Origin: a virus
Taxonomy: Duplodnaviria > Caudoviricetes
DNA: 58,275 bases
Reading direction: 5' to 3' (one strand)
IMG/VR virus record: IMGVR_UViG_3300042328_000969
Span: 1 to 58,275 of that record
Each line of letters begins with the position of its first letter. The stretch's first letter is position 1. Both the position numbers and the translations under genes were made by a program. This document shows, in pieces, positions 20,901 to 30,792 of the stretch. Below the pieces are notes generated by a model that was not told the origin of the DNA, ran no database searches, and was given only the letters and a program-made list of their open reading frames with translations.

Positions 20901-23900
20901 AGGCATATCATTTTTATCTGAAAACACCATTGCGACATTGAAGCCAGTATCAAGACGTTGTACTGATTGTCGCCAGTTACTGTGTTTGTTAAAGATAGGC
21001 ACACCATTAACAATTTGGGATACCCCTGTTGAACTGTACGTTATATGTAAATTAGGTAATTTTGAATCTGAGTTTAACTTAGTGTAATCATAAAATTCCA
21101 CATTAGGATACGCTTTCATTATCGGTTCAAATACCGTTGGAGGAATATCCGAAGTCACATTCAAACGCATAGCAGGTTGATATATTTCTTTATCAATTTT
21201 TACACGGTCATTTGTTACAGGGTCGCGCAAGAATTTTTTAGGATTTACAGGATCACGGACGTATTCAAAAGTTTGATTTGCCCATGATTCATATAATTTG
21301 ATTTCATGAGCAATAGCAATTGCAAATTCCTCTGGATGAAGAACCATTGCTTCAGTTTTTAAATATTGTGATAGCCTTGCGCCACTTCTATATTTACCTT
21401 TACCGCCATATAGCAAGTTTTGCCCAGAGGTTTCCCCTAAACATAACTCCTCACAAATTGCTGACACTGGACAAGTTGAAAGGTTTCTATTGTTTATTTT
21501 TTGAGCAGACGCTAAACCTAAACCTTGAGATGCAACACTATTTCCTTCATAAGTTAAACCGTAATCACCTACGCGAGTTTTCTCTAACTTTCTATTTTCT
21601 GTTAAGAAAGTAGTTATATTGTGGTGTCTTTTTAAAACTTTTTTTGCTCTAGTGTAACGAGTTGCTTTTTGACGGTCAGTTAAAGTTTTGTATTCTTCAA
21701 TTGCTTTTGCAATACGTTCGCCAACTTCAGCCAAGGTGGTTGTTTCAGCAATACCTTGTTCCCTAGGCTGGTTTAATGTAAATAGCTTTATCATTTTTGG
21801 TTTTTTCATAAACGCTTCTCCCTCACCAATCGGAATGAAAAAGTCACGTCTACCGTCTTTATGCTCAACACTATCTTCAATTTGAACTAGCGATGGGTCA
21901 ATTTGAATTAAGACTACCGCGCCATCCATCTCATTAGTAATTGCTCCACGGTTTTCCATTACAGAATAACCGGCTGATTCATTAGTCAAATAAATTCTAT
22001 TTGCATTTGGATTATCAGCAATTAATTTTCCTTCTTGCAACACTCTACGAGCAATAGCATTTGTTGTTGGATAATACAATGATACCGTTTCATTTTTATT
22101 CATAGGAATACCTAATACACTATGAATACCCCATTTAGCTTGAGCCGCTGTTTTGATTGCAAACTTAGGTAATTCAATTGGTATTTCTAATTGACCTTCA
22201 GATAAATATGGCATAAACCCAGTTCTATCAAAATACTCTTGTGCTTGCGCTACTTCATATTCTGATGATTTTTTAAGAAGGAGTTCTGGTGCTTTACGCA
22301 ATGTCGCATTAGCAATGTAAAGCAAATCTTGGTCGCTTAGATTATTTGCCCATTGGATAAATCCTAGTTTTTGTGAAGCAGGGAACATTTTACTCATATT
22401 GCGAAGTGCATTTTTGAGCCATGCTTTGAATCTTTGAACAATTTTGAGTTTAGGCGCATATTTAATTAAATAGGCAAGTGTTTCTTCGCGCAAATCTTCT
22501 TGAGGAGTATCTGCATCCAAGGCATCTTGTCTACCTTTAACAGCCGCTGGGTTTTTAACTTTCACTAAGTTATCAGTTTCTTTTAAGAAATTTTCAAATT
22601 CAGCTTCATTACCCCCCATTTTAAGCATATGCACACTAACTTCGTGCATCATTAAATAATGTAAATCTTTTTCTTTATCAATGTTTTCCGCAACAAAATA
22701 AGTTTTACCGTCAGCAGGATTATAGAACGCTTCAATGTCACCGTTTTTACTGTAACTAACTTCCACTGCATTTTCAATAATTGCTTGAGCTTGCTCGTCG
22801 GAGATAATCTCAAACATCCCTGTGCCAAGTAACCTATCAGTCCAGCCTTTACCGTAAGCATCGTCACCGGCTTTGGTCAAACCTTCTTTTAAAGATTGCT
22901 CGGTGTGAGTATTGGTAGCAGGTTGTTGAGTTTCACTAAAACGAAAATCGCTCTTTCTCCCATAAACAGGATTCTTAGCAAGTACCAATGAGCCGATTTG
23001 AATTATTTCATCTGCATAAATAACAGGTTGACTATTTTCTCTATCGTAAAAATAAGAATGCTTTAATGGGTTCATACCTACTTGCACCCACTCTTTGCTA
23101 TTCATTGCTTCTTCAGCTTTGGCTTTTGCTTCTTCAATTGTTGTACCTTGCCATTTACCCATCATGGTAGCAATTGTACCTTTTGGAGTACCGCCTGCTA
23201 TATCCAAAGCATTTGTTTCGCCCATTCCAAAGGTGACTTCTTTAGCAATAGCAACAGATTGATAACCTGCGCTATCTCCAGCTTTAAACGAACTATCTGA
23301 AGCAGGAATAATGTTTCCGTTTTTAATACCAAGTGTTTCTTTAATATAACCTGTTATTGATTTTGGAATATGAACTGACACTACCCATGTGTTATGGTCT
23401 CTATAGGATGGGATATCGAGTCGCAATTGAATAATTTCCCCATCCTTAAATGTAAGCATTGGCAAACCGTATTTAGCGGCTTTCTTTTCTGATTGCCCTT
23501 TACCGTTTTCTAAAGCATAACGAGCTTCTTGCTCAGTAGCGATAGGCGGAAGTTCTTCATAAGGAGTCATTGGTAAAAGTTCATTTGATAATAACTCATA
23601 TTCATACGGTGTTATCAAACCTTCTTTTAACTTTTTAGCCGCTGCTTCTAATTCTGGGATACGAGCTAATACGTCTTTATGAGATAAACGTAGACGATGG
23701 TTTTCTTCTCTATCTGCTACTGTTTTGACTTTATTCTCAAGTTCATCAATGCGAGCAACAAAATCTTCTTCGCCTATATTAATTAAATTTTGGCGCATCT
23801 CGTCAGACATAGGTTTAAAATCCCATGCTCTGGCTTTGCTGAATTTTAAACTTGATGGTTTAATTAAATTAGGAATAGCCTTTGACATTTCGTATTTGAA

Positions 23901-26900
23901 GATATCAGTTCTATCGTACCCAAATCGAGGATGATCATATGTAAATTCATTAATATTTTTAGGAGAGTATTTACTGTACAGCCGAACTATGTCGTTTAGT
24001 TTTGATAAATCTCCGTAAACTTCTTTTATTTTACCGGCTATTTGTTTTAAATCGTTTTCTGAAAACCCATTATGATTTTCCCCAAACACATTTATTGACA
24101 AGGCTTTGGCAAAATCATGAAAGCTTCCCTCAAGAAGGGTATTTCCTTTTTTATCAAAAGCCACCATATTAGGGTAATTTAAAAAATTATTTGGATTGTT
24201 AAATACAAGATATTCATCTTTACTATTTTTAAAAATAGTAAAGACACCTGTATTCTTAAATTTTTCAAATCCTAAATACTTTACCAAACTATCTATTTCT
24301 TTATAAAACCTATCTTTATATGTTTTGTCGTCAGATGGGTCATTAATCTCTTCCAAAAATTCATTACGTCTATTTTCAAGACTACTTTCTTTTAATTTTG
24401 ATGTGTACTTTGCTTTGGCTTCTTTTTCTTTATATTTCTTTCTAAGGCTATCTTTTTTTTCCCAAATATCTAGGTAGTCTTCAAAGTTTGCGCCATATAT
24501 GCCCCATCCTTCAGCTACTCTTAATTCAATAGCGGCTCTATGTTCACGTTCAGCTTGTTTGGTAATTTCTTCTACATCACCTTTAGGATTACTTGCAAGT
24601 TTTTGTTTTACATATTCTTTCTTGGTGTAATCATCAATTTCTTTAACGTAATCAGATGTTTTTCTATTTTGATCTTTGAGATTATCAGTTTCCTCCCCAT
24701 ACCCTTTCTCAATAGTCACATTCGCCTGTTTAAGCGCTGCTGTGAGTGCTTTATTGTCTTGGCTACCTAACTTAATGCTTACATCTTTTCTGCCCTCTAA
24801 AAGCTCTTTATAAAGCTCTGGTGCATAGGCTTTGGCTTTGACTGGAAAAACGTGCGCATAAAGATTAAATTCAGCCACAAGTTCTTTATCACTTGCTAAA
24901 TAAGGATGATTGGCTTCCGCATCACCTAGAATTAATTCTTTAAGTGTAGCGCGTTCATCCTCAGTCAATTTGCGATAATTCAGTAGTTGATGGTGAATAG
25001 CGTGACCGAGTTCGTGTATTGTCGTGCGATCAGATTGGCTTGTTTGATAAATAGCCTGCTCATCTTGATCGTAGAATCCACCGATATTGCTATCTGTATT
25101 GATTAATGAAACCGATTCGAGATTAGGGTATTGGGTTTCATAATCAATTTCAGTTTCATCAAATTTACTTTGAGCGCCTTTATCCCCATAGAACCAATGA
25201 TTGGGATAAAGTTTTTTAAGCTCAAGTGGAGAGTTAGCAAGTTGCTCACCTTCAATTGTCACTTCACGCCCAACGGTAGCTTTGCCCTTACGTTCTGGTG
25301 CAAACAAATCACCAGAAGTTGTCATGCCTGTGCCGTTCATTTCATCCCAAAGCGTATCTCGTTCTAAATCAGCTTTACGTTCCTTTTCCGCTTTAATATC
25401 TGCAATGATTTTATCTTTTTCAGCTTGCGTCTTTGCATCTAAAATTGCGTTAACTTCTTCATTTGTATAGGTATTTAGAAGCTCGTCTTGTGCCTGTTTA
25501 TCTTGGTCGGCTTGTTCAATAGCAATTTTGTCCATTGCTTTATCAATACCCTCATAGCCGTAATACGGTTTACCAGAACGCAAACTATCTTTGAGAATAG
25601 TATCTAAATCATCGCCAGTTTTAATTTCATCAAACCCATGATCTACACGAAGCACTGTCGCCATATCATCAAAAGTGCGTCCATTTTTATTAAATAAAGC
25701 GGTGTTTCTTTTATAATCATCCAACTGGCGTTGTGACATTTCAACACGAGATAAGCCTCCCAGTTTTCCTATCATACTTACAATATTTTCAAAACCGGTT
25801 ACTTTTTTTAGATTTTCAGCAGGTTTTGTTGGTTTTCTAACCACTTGGTCTTCAGTGACAATACCGTATTTCTCCTCGCCAAGTTTTACCCAAGTGTGAG
25901 TATCCTTAGATAATTCTGGATTGGTGCGAATATGCGTTTGCGCTCCTTGCGGACTAGTAAATGCCTTACCGTTCTTTCTAAGAATAGGGTTGTTGATTGT
26001 TCCTTTGGGTTCTGCTACTGGTGTTTCTGCTACTGGTGTTGCTTCAATCTTTCTTTTTTGTACTAAGTAGCTATCATTTTGCCAAGGTACAACCCTATAT
26101 TCATTTTTAGGCTCTATCTTTTCCATAGATTTTGCCATTTGATTTGCATCACTTAGTGAATTGGTTGGGAAATGAAAAACCCATTCACCCGCAGCATACG
26201 CTTCATCTTCTTTTTTATTAGCCGATTCTCTTTCTAAGTTATTTAACTTATCTTTTACAGCAATCTCAGCTTTACGAGTTCCTTCAAAATGACGCTCATT
26301 ATCTGATGTTTCTTCAGCATAAATTGATTGTATTTCTTCTGGTGTAGATGCTTGATTAATTCGTGCAATACGATCCGAATTTCTTGTTTCATAATCTGCT
26401 GTGGGGATTAATACCTTAGATAACTCTTTTACTGTGTCTGAAGTGAGTAGACCGGTAGACTTGGCGCTATTGTAAATAGACATAGCGTCGTCTTTGCTAA
26501 TAGTATTGTTTTCAATTTCCCCAAGTGCTTTTTTAATATCGTTATTAATTACATACTTAGCAAAAATACTTGGATTATTAACTGAAAATTCATTTCGTTT
26601 ATTTTGAGCTTCCTCATAATTAACTGGCGCATTTGAAACTGGATTAGGATTAACAAATGTATTTTTCTCGATGCTTCCCCATCCGCTTTTATTTTTGCGG
26701 CTTGATTCATAAATTGGAGCAGGATACATTACATCCATAAAATCATAATGCGATAAATTTTCCGCACCATAAGACCCTTCTTCTACATACGGTATCAAGT
26801 TAATCACGTTGCCATCTTCATCTTTTTCAACAGATTTAATTGGTATTCTGTAATTGTCATAAGTAACTAATACATCACCTGCTTCCAATGAATTAAACGC

Positions 26901-28697
26901 ATCTTTAGTATTATTTACATTTATATAATCGCCTTTTGTAATATCTTTTAAACTAATTACAGTCGGTGTTTCTGCTGTTGGCATTTCTGGCGCTTGCTCA
27001 ATCGGTGTAACCAGATTAGTGTAATGATCCCTTTGCGCCTTATTGAGCGAATATTTCTCACCTGTTGGAAGATACAGCATTCCGCCTTTAAGCTCTGCGC
27101 CACCTTGCGCTACTGCTTGACCAATAAAATCTAAACTTTCCTGTGTAGCAGGTAATTTATCAGCCTTTGCTTTTATAGGCTCTTGCATTAAGGGTTCTTG
27201 CATAGCGGTAATTTGGTCTTGACCGCGTTGCGCTTCAATGGCTTGTTGCTCTTGGGTTTTCAACTCATGGGTAATGGCATGGTCAGTTGAGATAGCTTCA
27301 CCAATATGATTGAATGCTTGTAGGGCATCATCTACATTGTTTGCACCTGCAATATCTTTAGCAATTACTTCATTGCTAACTAATTGATTTTTACCAACAA
27401 TGCCACGAATACCGCCCATTGTTCTTTCCCAATCGGTCATTGGTTGAGTGGTAGCGGTTTGCTCGGTAGCGGTTTGCTCGGTAGTATCTGCTGTGGGTTC
27501 TACTGGTTTTTGTTGAGCAGATGACATTACACCACCGATGCCGCTCATCGTCCCGCCACCAATAAAGCCTAATGCTGATGCGTCGATAGCCTGTCTGAAA
27601 GATTCACTGCTAAATGGGTCTTTACCTTTACCTACTTCTTCAATAAGCGTTTGGGCAAACTCAGTTCCACCTTCAATACCTGCGCCTTTAGCACCTGTTG
27701 CAGCGCCACGAAGTAAATTACCTTTTAATCCTTCAGTGTATTTACCGGCTTCAGATAAGCGTTTACCACCAAGTACATCCAATCCAAACTTATCTGCATA
27801 AAATTCACCTGCGGCTGCAAGCGCAGTTGCACCTAAGCCTCTGCTAACTTCCCATGGTGTTAATGCGCGATTTTGCTCAGTGGATTGTTTAGCTAAATCA
27901 CCTAAAATCTCACCACCTTCTAAACCTACTGCTTGAGCGCCTAAGGTATAATCACGACCTTTTGTGCCAATTGATTCTGCAACATTCTTAACGGCTTGTC
28001 TTTCAATTTCAGATTGAGTTATATCCCTACCTGCATTTTGCTCGGCAATTTTAAGCGCTTCTTGTTCAACTAATTTTGCTGTGTATTCTTTAGCAAACAT
28101 TTCACTGGCAAGTTTAGCACCCACTTCACCTATGCCCCCTGCAAGTATGGCTTGAGTTCCTTGACCAAGCCCATACCCTATACCGTATTGCACCGTATCA
28201 GCAAGCGCACCAAAGTCACCTTCTTTTGCTTTCTGATAAGCATAAGTAAACGAATCACTTTCTTTTGCATTGGCTTGAGTTTCTTTTTGCGCGGCAATCA
28301 TTTTACCAACAGCTTCCTGCTTATCTTGCGTAAGCATTCCACCTTCACCAAATGCAGTTTCACCAATGGCGTATGCGCCTGCTTCTAATCCATAGCCTAA
28401 TTCTGGCAATTGCTCATAAGATGTTTTAAAGCCTCGTGAGAAGTCGCTATTATCCTTTGGGTTAGCCTCCGCTTGCATTTGTGCAATCTGCTCTGACGTT
28501 GGTTGCTCAACTGGCTTATTGAATTGCGTTAAATCACCACTAGGCTCAGTAAGAGTTGGACGATTAACAGTATCTTCTTCCAATGAAGGCAAATAGCGAT
28601 TATTAAAATAATCCATTACCTCTGTTTCTGACATTGCATCTGGTAAATCTAGTTGATATGTCGCGCCTGCTTTTGTGGTGATTTCGTAATTAGCCAT
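17961..28697 (-). CDS. Giant (3578 aa) internal virion / large polyvalent protein
   Basis: Ejection-protein-like N-terminus, HELGH zincin motif, degenerate ART-like segment, Gp88-like Cys domain, LPD38-like C-terminus. Confidence 0.85.
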   Translation of the reverse strand: MANYEITTKAGATYQLDLPDAMSETEVMDYFNNRYLPSLEEDTVNRPTLTEPSGDLTQFNKPVEQPTSEQIAQMQAEANPKDNSDFSRGFKTSYEQLPELGYGLEAGAYAIGETAFGEGGMLTQDKQEAVGKMIAAQKETQANAKESDSFTYAYQKAKEGDFGALADTVQYGIGYGLGQGTQAILAGGIGEVGAKLASEMFAKEYTAKLVEQEALKIAEQNAGRDITQSEIERQAVKNVAESIGTKGRDYTLGAQAVGLEGGEILGDLAKQSTEQNRALTPWEVSRGLGATALAAAGEFYADKFGLDVLGGKRLSEAGKYTEGLKGNLLRGAATGAKGAGIEGGTEFAQTLIEEVGKGKDPFSSESFRQAIDASALGFIGGGTMSGIGGVMSSAQQKPVEPTADTTEQTATEQTATTQPMTDWERTMGGIRGIVGKNQLVSNEVIAKDIAGANNVDDALQAFNHIGEAISTDHAITHELKTQEQQAIEAQRGQDQITAMQEPLMQEPIKAKADKLPATQESLDFIGQAVAQGGAELKGGMLYLPTGEKYSLNKAQRDHYTNLVTPIEQAPEMPTAETPTVISLKDITKGDYINVNNTKDAFNSLEAGDVLVTYDNYRIPIKSVEKDEDGNVINLIPYVEEGSYGAENLSHYDFMDVMYPAPIYESSRKNKSGWGSIEKNTFVNPNPVSNAPVNYEEAQNKRNEFSVNNPSIFAKYVINNDIKKALGEIENNTISKDDAMSIYNSAKSTGLLTSDTVKELSKVLIPTADYETRNSDRIARINQASTPEEIQSIYAEETSDNERHFEGTRKAEIAVKDKLNNLERESANKKEDEAYAAGEWVFHFPTNSLSDANQMAKSMEKIEPKNEYRVVPWQNDSYLVQKRKIEATPVAETPVAEPKGTINNPILRKNGKAFTSPQGAQTHIRTNPELSKDTHTWVKLGEEKYGIVTEDQVVRKPTKPAENLKKVTGFENIVSMIGKLGGLSRVEMSQRQLDDYKRNTALFNKNGRTFDDMATVLRVDHGFDEIKTGDDLDTILKDSLRSGKPYYGYEGIDKAMDKIAIEQADQDKQAQDELLNTYTNEEVNAILDAKTQAEKDKIIADIKAEKERKADLERDTLWDEMNGTGMTTSGDLFAPERKGKATVGREVTIEGEQLANSPLELKKLYPNHWFYGDKGAQSKFDETEIDYETQYPNLESVSLINTDSNIGGFYDQDEQAIYQTSQSDRTTIHELGHAIHHQLLNYRKLTEDERATLKELILGDAEANHPYLASDKELVAEFNLYAHVFPVKAKAYAPELYKELLEGRKDVSIKLGSQDNKALTAALKQANVTIEKGYGEETDNLKDQNRKTSDYVKEIDDYTKKEYVKQKLASNPKGDVEEITKQAEREHRAAIELRVAEGWGIYGANFEDYLDIWEKKDSLRKKYKEKEAKAKYTSKLKESSLENRRNEFLEEINDPSDDKTYKDRFYKEIDSLVKYLGFEKFKNTGVFTIFKNSKDEYLVFNNPNNFLNYPNMVAFDKKGNTLLEGSFHDFAKALSINVFGENHNGFSENDLKQIAGKIKEVYGDLSKLNDIVRLYSKYSPKNINEFTYDHPRFGYDRTDIFKYEMSKAIPNLIKPSSLKFSKARAWDFKPMSDEMRQNLINIGEEDFVARIDELENKVKTVADREENHRLRLSHKDVLARIPELEAAAKKLKEGLITPYEYELLSNELLPMTPYEELPPIATEQEARYALENGKGQSEKKAAKYGLPMLTFKDGEIIQLRLDIPSYRDHNTWVVSVHIPKSITGYIKETLGIKNGNIIPASDSSFKAGDSAGYQSVAIAKEVTFGMGETNALDIAGGTPKGTIATMMGKWQGTTIEEAKAKAEEAMNSKEWVQVGMNPLKHSYFYDRENSQPVIYADEIIQIGSLVLAKNPVYGRKSDFRFSETQQPATNTHTEQSLKEGLTKAGDDAYGKGWTDRLLGTGMFEIISDEQAQAIIENAVEVSYSKNGDIEAFYNPADGKTYFVAENIDKEKDLHYLMMHEVSVHMLKMGGNEAEFENFLKETDNLVKVKNPAAVKGRQDALDADTPQEDLREETLAYLIKYAPKLKIVQRFKAWLKNALRNMSKMFPASQKLGFIQWANNLSDQDLLYIANATLRKAPELLLKKSSEYEVAQAQEYFDRTGFMPYLSEGQLEIPIELPKFAIKTAAQAKWGIHSVLGIPMNKNETVSLYYPTTNAIARRVLQEGKLIADNPNANRIYLTNESAGYSVMENRGAITNEMDGAVVLIQIDPSLVQIEDSVEHKDGRRDFFIPIGEGEAFMKKPKMIKLFTLNQPREQGIAETTTLAEVGERIAKAIEEYKTLTDRQKATRYTRAKKVLKRHHNITTFLTENRKLEKTRVGDYGLTYEGNSVASQGLGLASAQKINNRNLSTCPVSAICEELCLGETSGQNLLYGGKGKYRSGARLSQYLKTEAMVLHPEEFAIAIAHEIKLYESWANQTFEYVRDPVNPKKFLRDPVTNDRVKIDKEIYQPAMRLNVTSDIPPTVFEPIMKAYPNVEFYDYTKLNSDSKLPNLHITYSSTGVSQIVNGVPIFNKHSNWRQSVQRLDTGFNVAMVFSDKNDMPKTVTDEATGKVYQVWNGDNYDARFLDPKRADGIGMIIGLTNKDNTGGTEDATERTKGFFVNYNKARDGDNVTILDQSKFDARAETYKGEKATSSIKFSKSKKQSTEDTAKEGEIVNRSTGYTAYENAKPIPEEVDNKDNYPDDVSLEEEKDWVTQQLRRFDSFRRLNDKSNELIDKYLTTMGYLPELGKYLGMRYKTLGKIDNVDDIVRNVFDTLQNATKEDSKEIYTYLTDNKATTDFIMDRQMAQVAKDLKEAIQIIGKKLVEFNIIPIESYQMYEGRYLPRVYLEHIIQSSDRYQSLGSGKTLSSMGYAKKRDNNLPEEVRRLLKGEVKNPAYLASRTISIPLRDIAMMEFFNQISDNEKWVWKQSLINIELDATTNRPTAIFDEDGVINYKATNSALEGAPKKTVVRKVTPYFLDKEADRILDQSYSAPEEDRKDMQDLAQMMKRAASQALQNMDAIPSDFIKMPNVAKYGSLRGLVVHKLIYDDLVGTINTYGATGEQTALENFFGNNGLLARITSAFKFSHVAVNIPTQVTNLLSNGILLHTSGVRFDKVPVRVIQAFKEVLNNGENYQKMVDMGGRKATFSNQELKGITDWLLENEAEFSDKDMDWFSMTHLFRELSYLTGKTVRSANNLHQNIEMIFKVAKFIDMKAKGATDGTAAVMAHRALFDYSFIPRWAKWLRTVPMGIPFITWTIKSFESTLRTLANRPTALLPYYMLGYALSLAAAADFGDDGEDKLKAILKLLPERMQRGGSVWILPMKDDAGRTQLIDMKNLFPWGKTAEGVEALSKLVGNQDVAELRTLADAIGVFSSPITQAVVAIDTNRDTFTGKQIIDENDTSAQKLQTILEYTYGMMMPPMLGSKGDIATIIKSQSPSSYEGIMNKDGSPKKTEEQAFIHLFTGLSIKSVDVDFERHKKIEAFNNMITGIKAQRTKELRANPNLGEEERGIVREKYDARIERVKEKKQKFKDETDVLK

Positions 28698-28699
28698 AG

Positions 28700-30202
28700 T
28701 TAAATTCTCTTAATTGTTTCAGCAGTGTCTTGGGTTTTAGCCGATTTTGTTGAAGTGTACTTATTAACAAAGTCCAATAGTCTAGGGTCTGGTTCAATAC
28801 CTGCCGCTTTAAGTTCTGCAATTGATTCTCTTGCTCTGACATAAACTTGAGGCATATTCTGTATTAATTTAGGATTTTTTAATTCATCCCACCATTTTGT
28901 TCCTTTGCTTTCAGCGCGACCAATAGAATTGCTAACTGCCTCTTGTCCAAAGTTAGCCGCTAACATTGCCGCTGGATCACCGTCGGTTATTTTATAAACA
29001 TACGCATAATATTTTGGAGCAACTCTGTCTTTTTCAGCATTGCTCACTTTACCATCAGCGCCTCTTTTAGCACCAAACTGAACAGCTGTATCATCAACTA
29101 ATTGCCAAGTGCCACCTGCCGTTGAGTCTGGATTTTGAGCATTAACGCCTTTATTGCCAGATTCATGTGGCTTCACTACTTTATTAAAGATAATGTCATA
29201 TTCTTTTTGCTTTGTCGGATCATCTGATTTAAATGGTGCTTCGTTTGATGTAGATGTTTTGTCTGTTGTACCGGTAGTTTTATCAATTCCTTTAGAATTA
29301 AGCATTCCATCTTTTGCTTTTTCTTGTGATACCCAAACGGAAGTACGCGCTTTAACAAAGTCATCGTAGGCTTGGCTGTTATCTTTGTCGCCTTCAGTAT
29401 CAAAGAAGGTGGTATTGCGTTTGCCAAACTTATCGTTAGCTTCAGCAATGGCAATCGCTTTAGCATCCTCAATACTATATCGTGCCGCTGAATCTTCACC
29501 TATCTTTTTGATTTCTTGGCTAATTGGATTAATAGAAATTAATTGCTTTCTGTATTTAGGAACGCCTGTATTTTCATCTTTAACCTGTTCACCTTTCTCA
29601 TTATAAATAGGTACATCAATCGTTTCAAAACTAGGCTTATTGCTTTTACCTTCAAGTATCAATAAGCGATTATAGATTTTATCCTGTTGGGTTTTATCCG
29701 GTTCAGTTTTCAATTGATTGCGTAGATTGTTGATTTCTTGTTTATTAGATAATTCCAGATTAGCTACTTGCCGTGCAATATTTTGATTTTCAACTGTTGA
29801 CTTAGAGGCTTCTACAGATTGCTCTGACGCATTTATCGCAGCTACTTTGGCTTTGTATTCTGGGTTATCTGGATTAACTGCCCATTTTTGCGCTCTCAGT
29901 TCATCGGCTATTTTTTCATCTTGGTGACGTTGAGCATCTTCGCCTTTTACAATGTAGTCTTGTGCGTATTGCGTTTCTTTATCAGCTAAAGTATCTGCAC
30001 GGAGTTTGTTGTATTTTAAATCTTCGCGTGTTGATGCTCTGCCTTCAGACCTTATAGCCGCTTCCTCAATTCGTGCTTCACGCTCTTGATCTGCCTTGGC
30101 TTTAATCTCAGCATCTTGATCTTTGCTGTATTTATTGACAATAGCATTTCCTAGACCTTCAGCAGCGCCTAAGGCAAAACTGGTTAACATTCCATAAGCC
30201 AT
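28700..30202 (-). CDS. Ejection protein with C-terminal lytic transglycosylase-like domain
   Basis: Coiled-coil N-terminus; HESGNK...STAGGTWQL...AANFG lysozyme-fold motifs. Confidence 0.7.
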   Translation of the reverse strand: MAYGMLTSFALGAAEGLGNAIVNKYSKDQDAEIKAKADQEREARIEEAAIRSEGRASTREDLKYNKLRADTLADKETQYAQDYIVKGEDAQRHQDEKIADELRAQKWAVNPDNPEYKAKVAAINASEQSVEASKSTVENQNIARQVANLELSNKQEINNLRNQLKTEPDKTQQDKIYNRLLILEGKSNKPSFETIDVPIYNEKGEQVKDENTGVPKYRKQLISINPISQEIKKIGEDSAARYSIEDAKAIAIAEANDKFGKRNTTFFDTEGDKDNSQAYDDFVKARTSVWVSQEKAKDGMLNSKGIDKTTGTTDKTSTSNEAPFKSDDPTKQKEYDIIFNKVVKPHESGNKGVNAQNPDSTAGGTWQLVDDTAVQFGAKRGADGKVSNAEKDRVAPKYYAYVYKITDGDPAAMLAANFGQEAVSNSIGRAESKGTKWWDELKNPKLIQNMPQVYVRARESIAELKAAGIEPDPRLLDFVNKYTSTKSAKTQDTAETIKRI

Positions 30203-30204
30203 GA

Positions 30205-30789
30205 TTATTTACCTCTCTTGACTGGTTTATTAGGCGCTTTGCCTTTAGCCTTTACTGCCTGCATCTTATTGCCGACATACTCTTGATGCGTTTGATAATC
30301 CTCAATTTCCTGCTTACCTTGAGCGATTGCCGCTTTGAGCTGTTCGGGCGTGATGCCCATTTGCTCAAACAGTTTATCTGTTGTGCGCTTGGTTGTCTGT
30401 GAGATGATTTCCGGAGTGACTGGTAGTTTTAAACCGCGTTCGGCAAAGTCTAGCACCTTGCAGATAGTGGTCGTTCCTGCGAATACTAGCACTTCTGCTG
30501 GCAGGCTTTTCTTTGATTGCTGATAGAGTAACCACATTAAGCCGCTAACGCCTTTACTGACCGTTTCAACTAGGTTCTGTTGGCTGTCTGGATTCTTGAC
30601 TAGTTCCATATTTTGATGGGTTTTCGGATCAAACATTAAAGTTTCAGCGGCTAACACCGTTTTGTTGTAGCGCTGTTTATTTTCTGGTGATACTTTTGAT
30701 TCGATATTATGCTGGATATCTATCAGCATTTGATTAGTCATACCGCCTGTTGAGCTTTTGCCTGCTGGAGTATCTGTTTTATTTTCCAT
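30205..30789 (-). CDS. Hypothetical protein (ejection cluster)
   Basis: 194-aa ORF coupled to its neighbours. Confidence 0.6.
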   Translation of the reverse strand: MENKTDTPAGKSSTGGMTNQMLIDIQHNIESKVSPENKQRYNKTVLAAETLMFDPKTHQNMELVKNPDSQQNLVETVSKGVSGLMWLLYQQSKKSLPAEVLVFAGTTTICKVLDFAERGLKLPVTPEIISQTTKRTTDKLFEQMGITPEQLKAAIAQGKQEIEDYQTHQEYVGNKMQAVKAKGKAPNKPVKRGK

Positions 30790-30792
30790 TGT

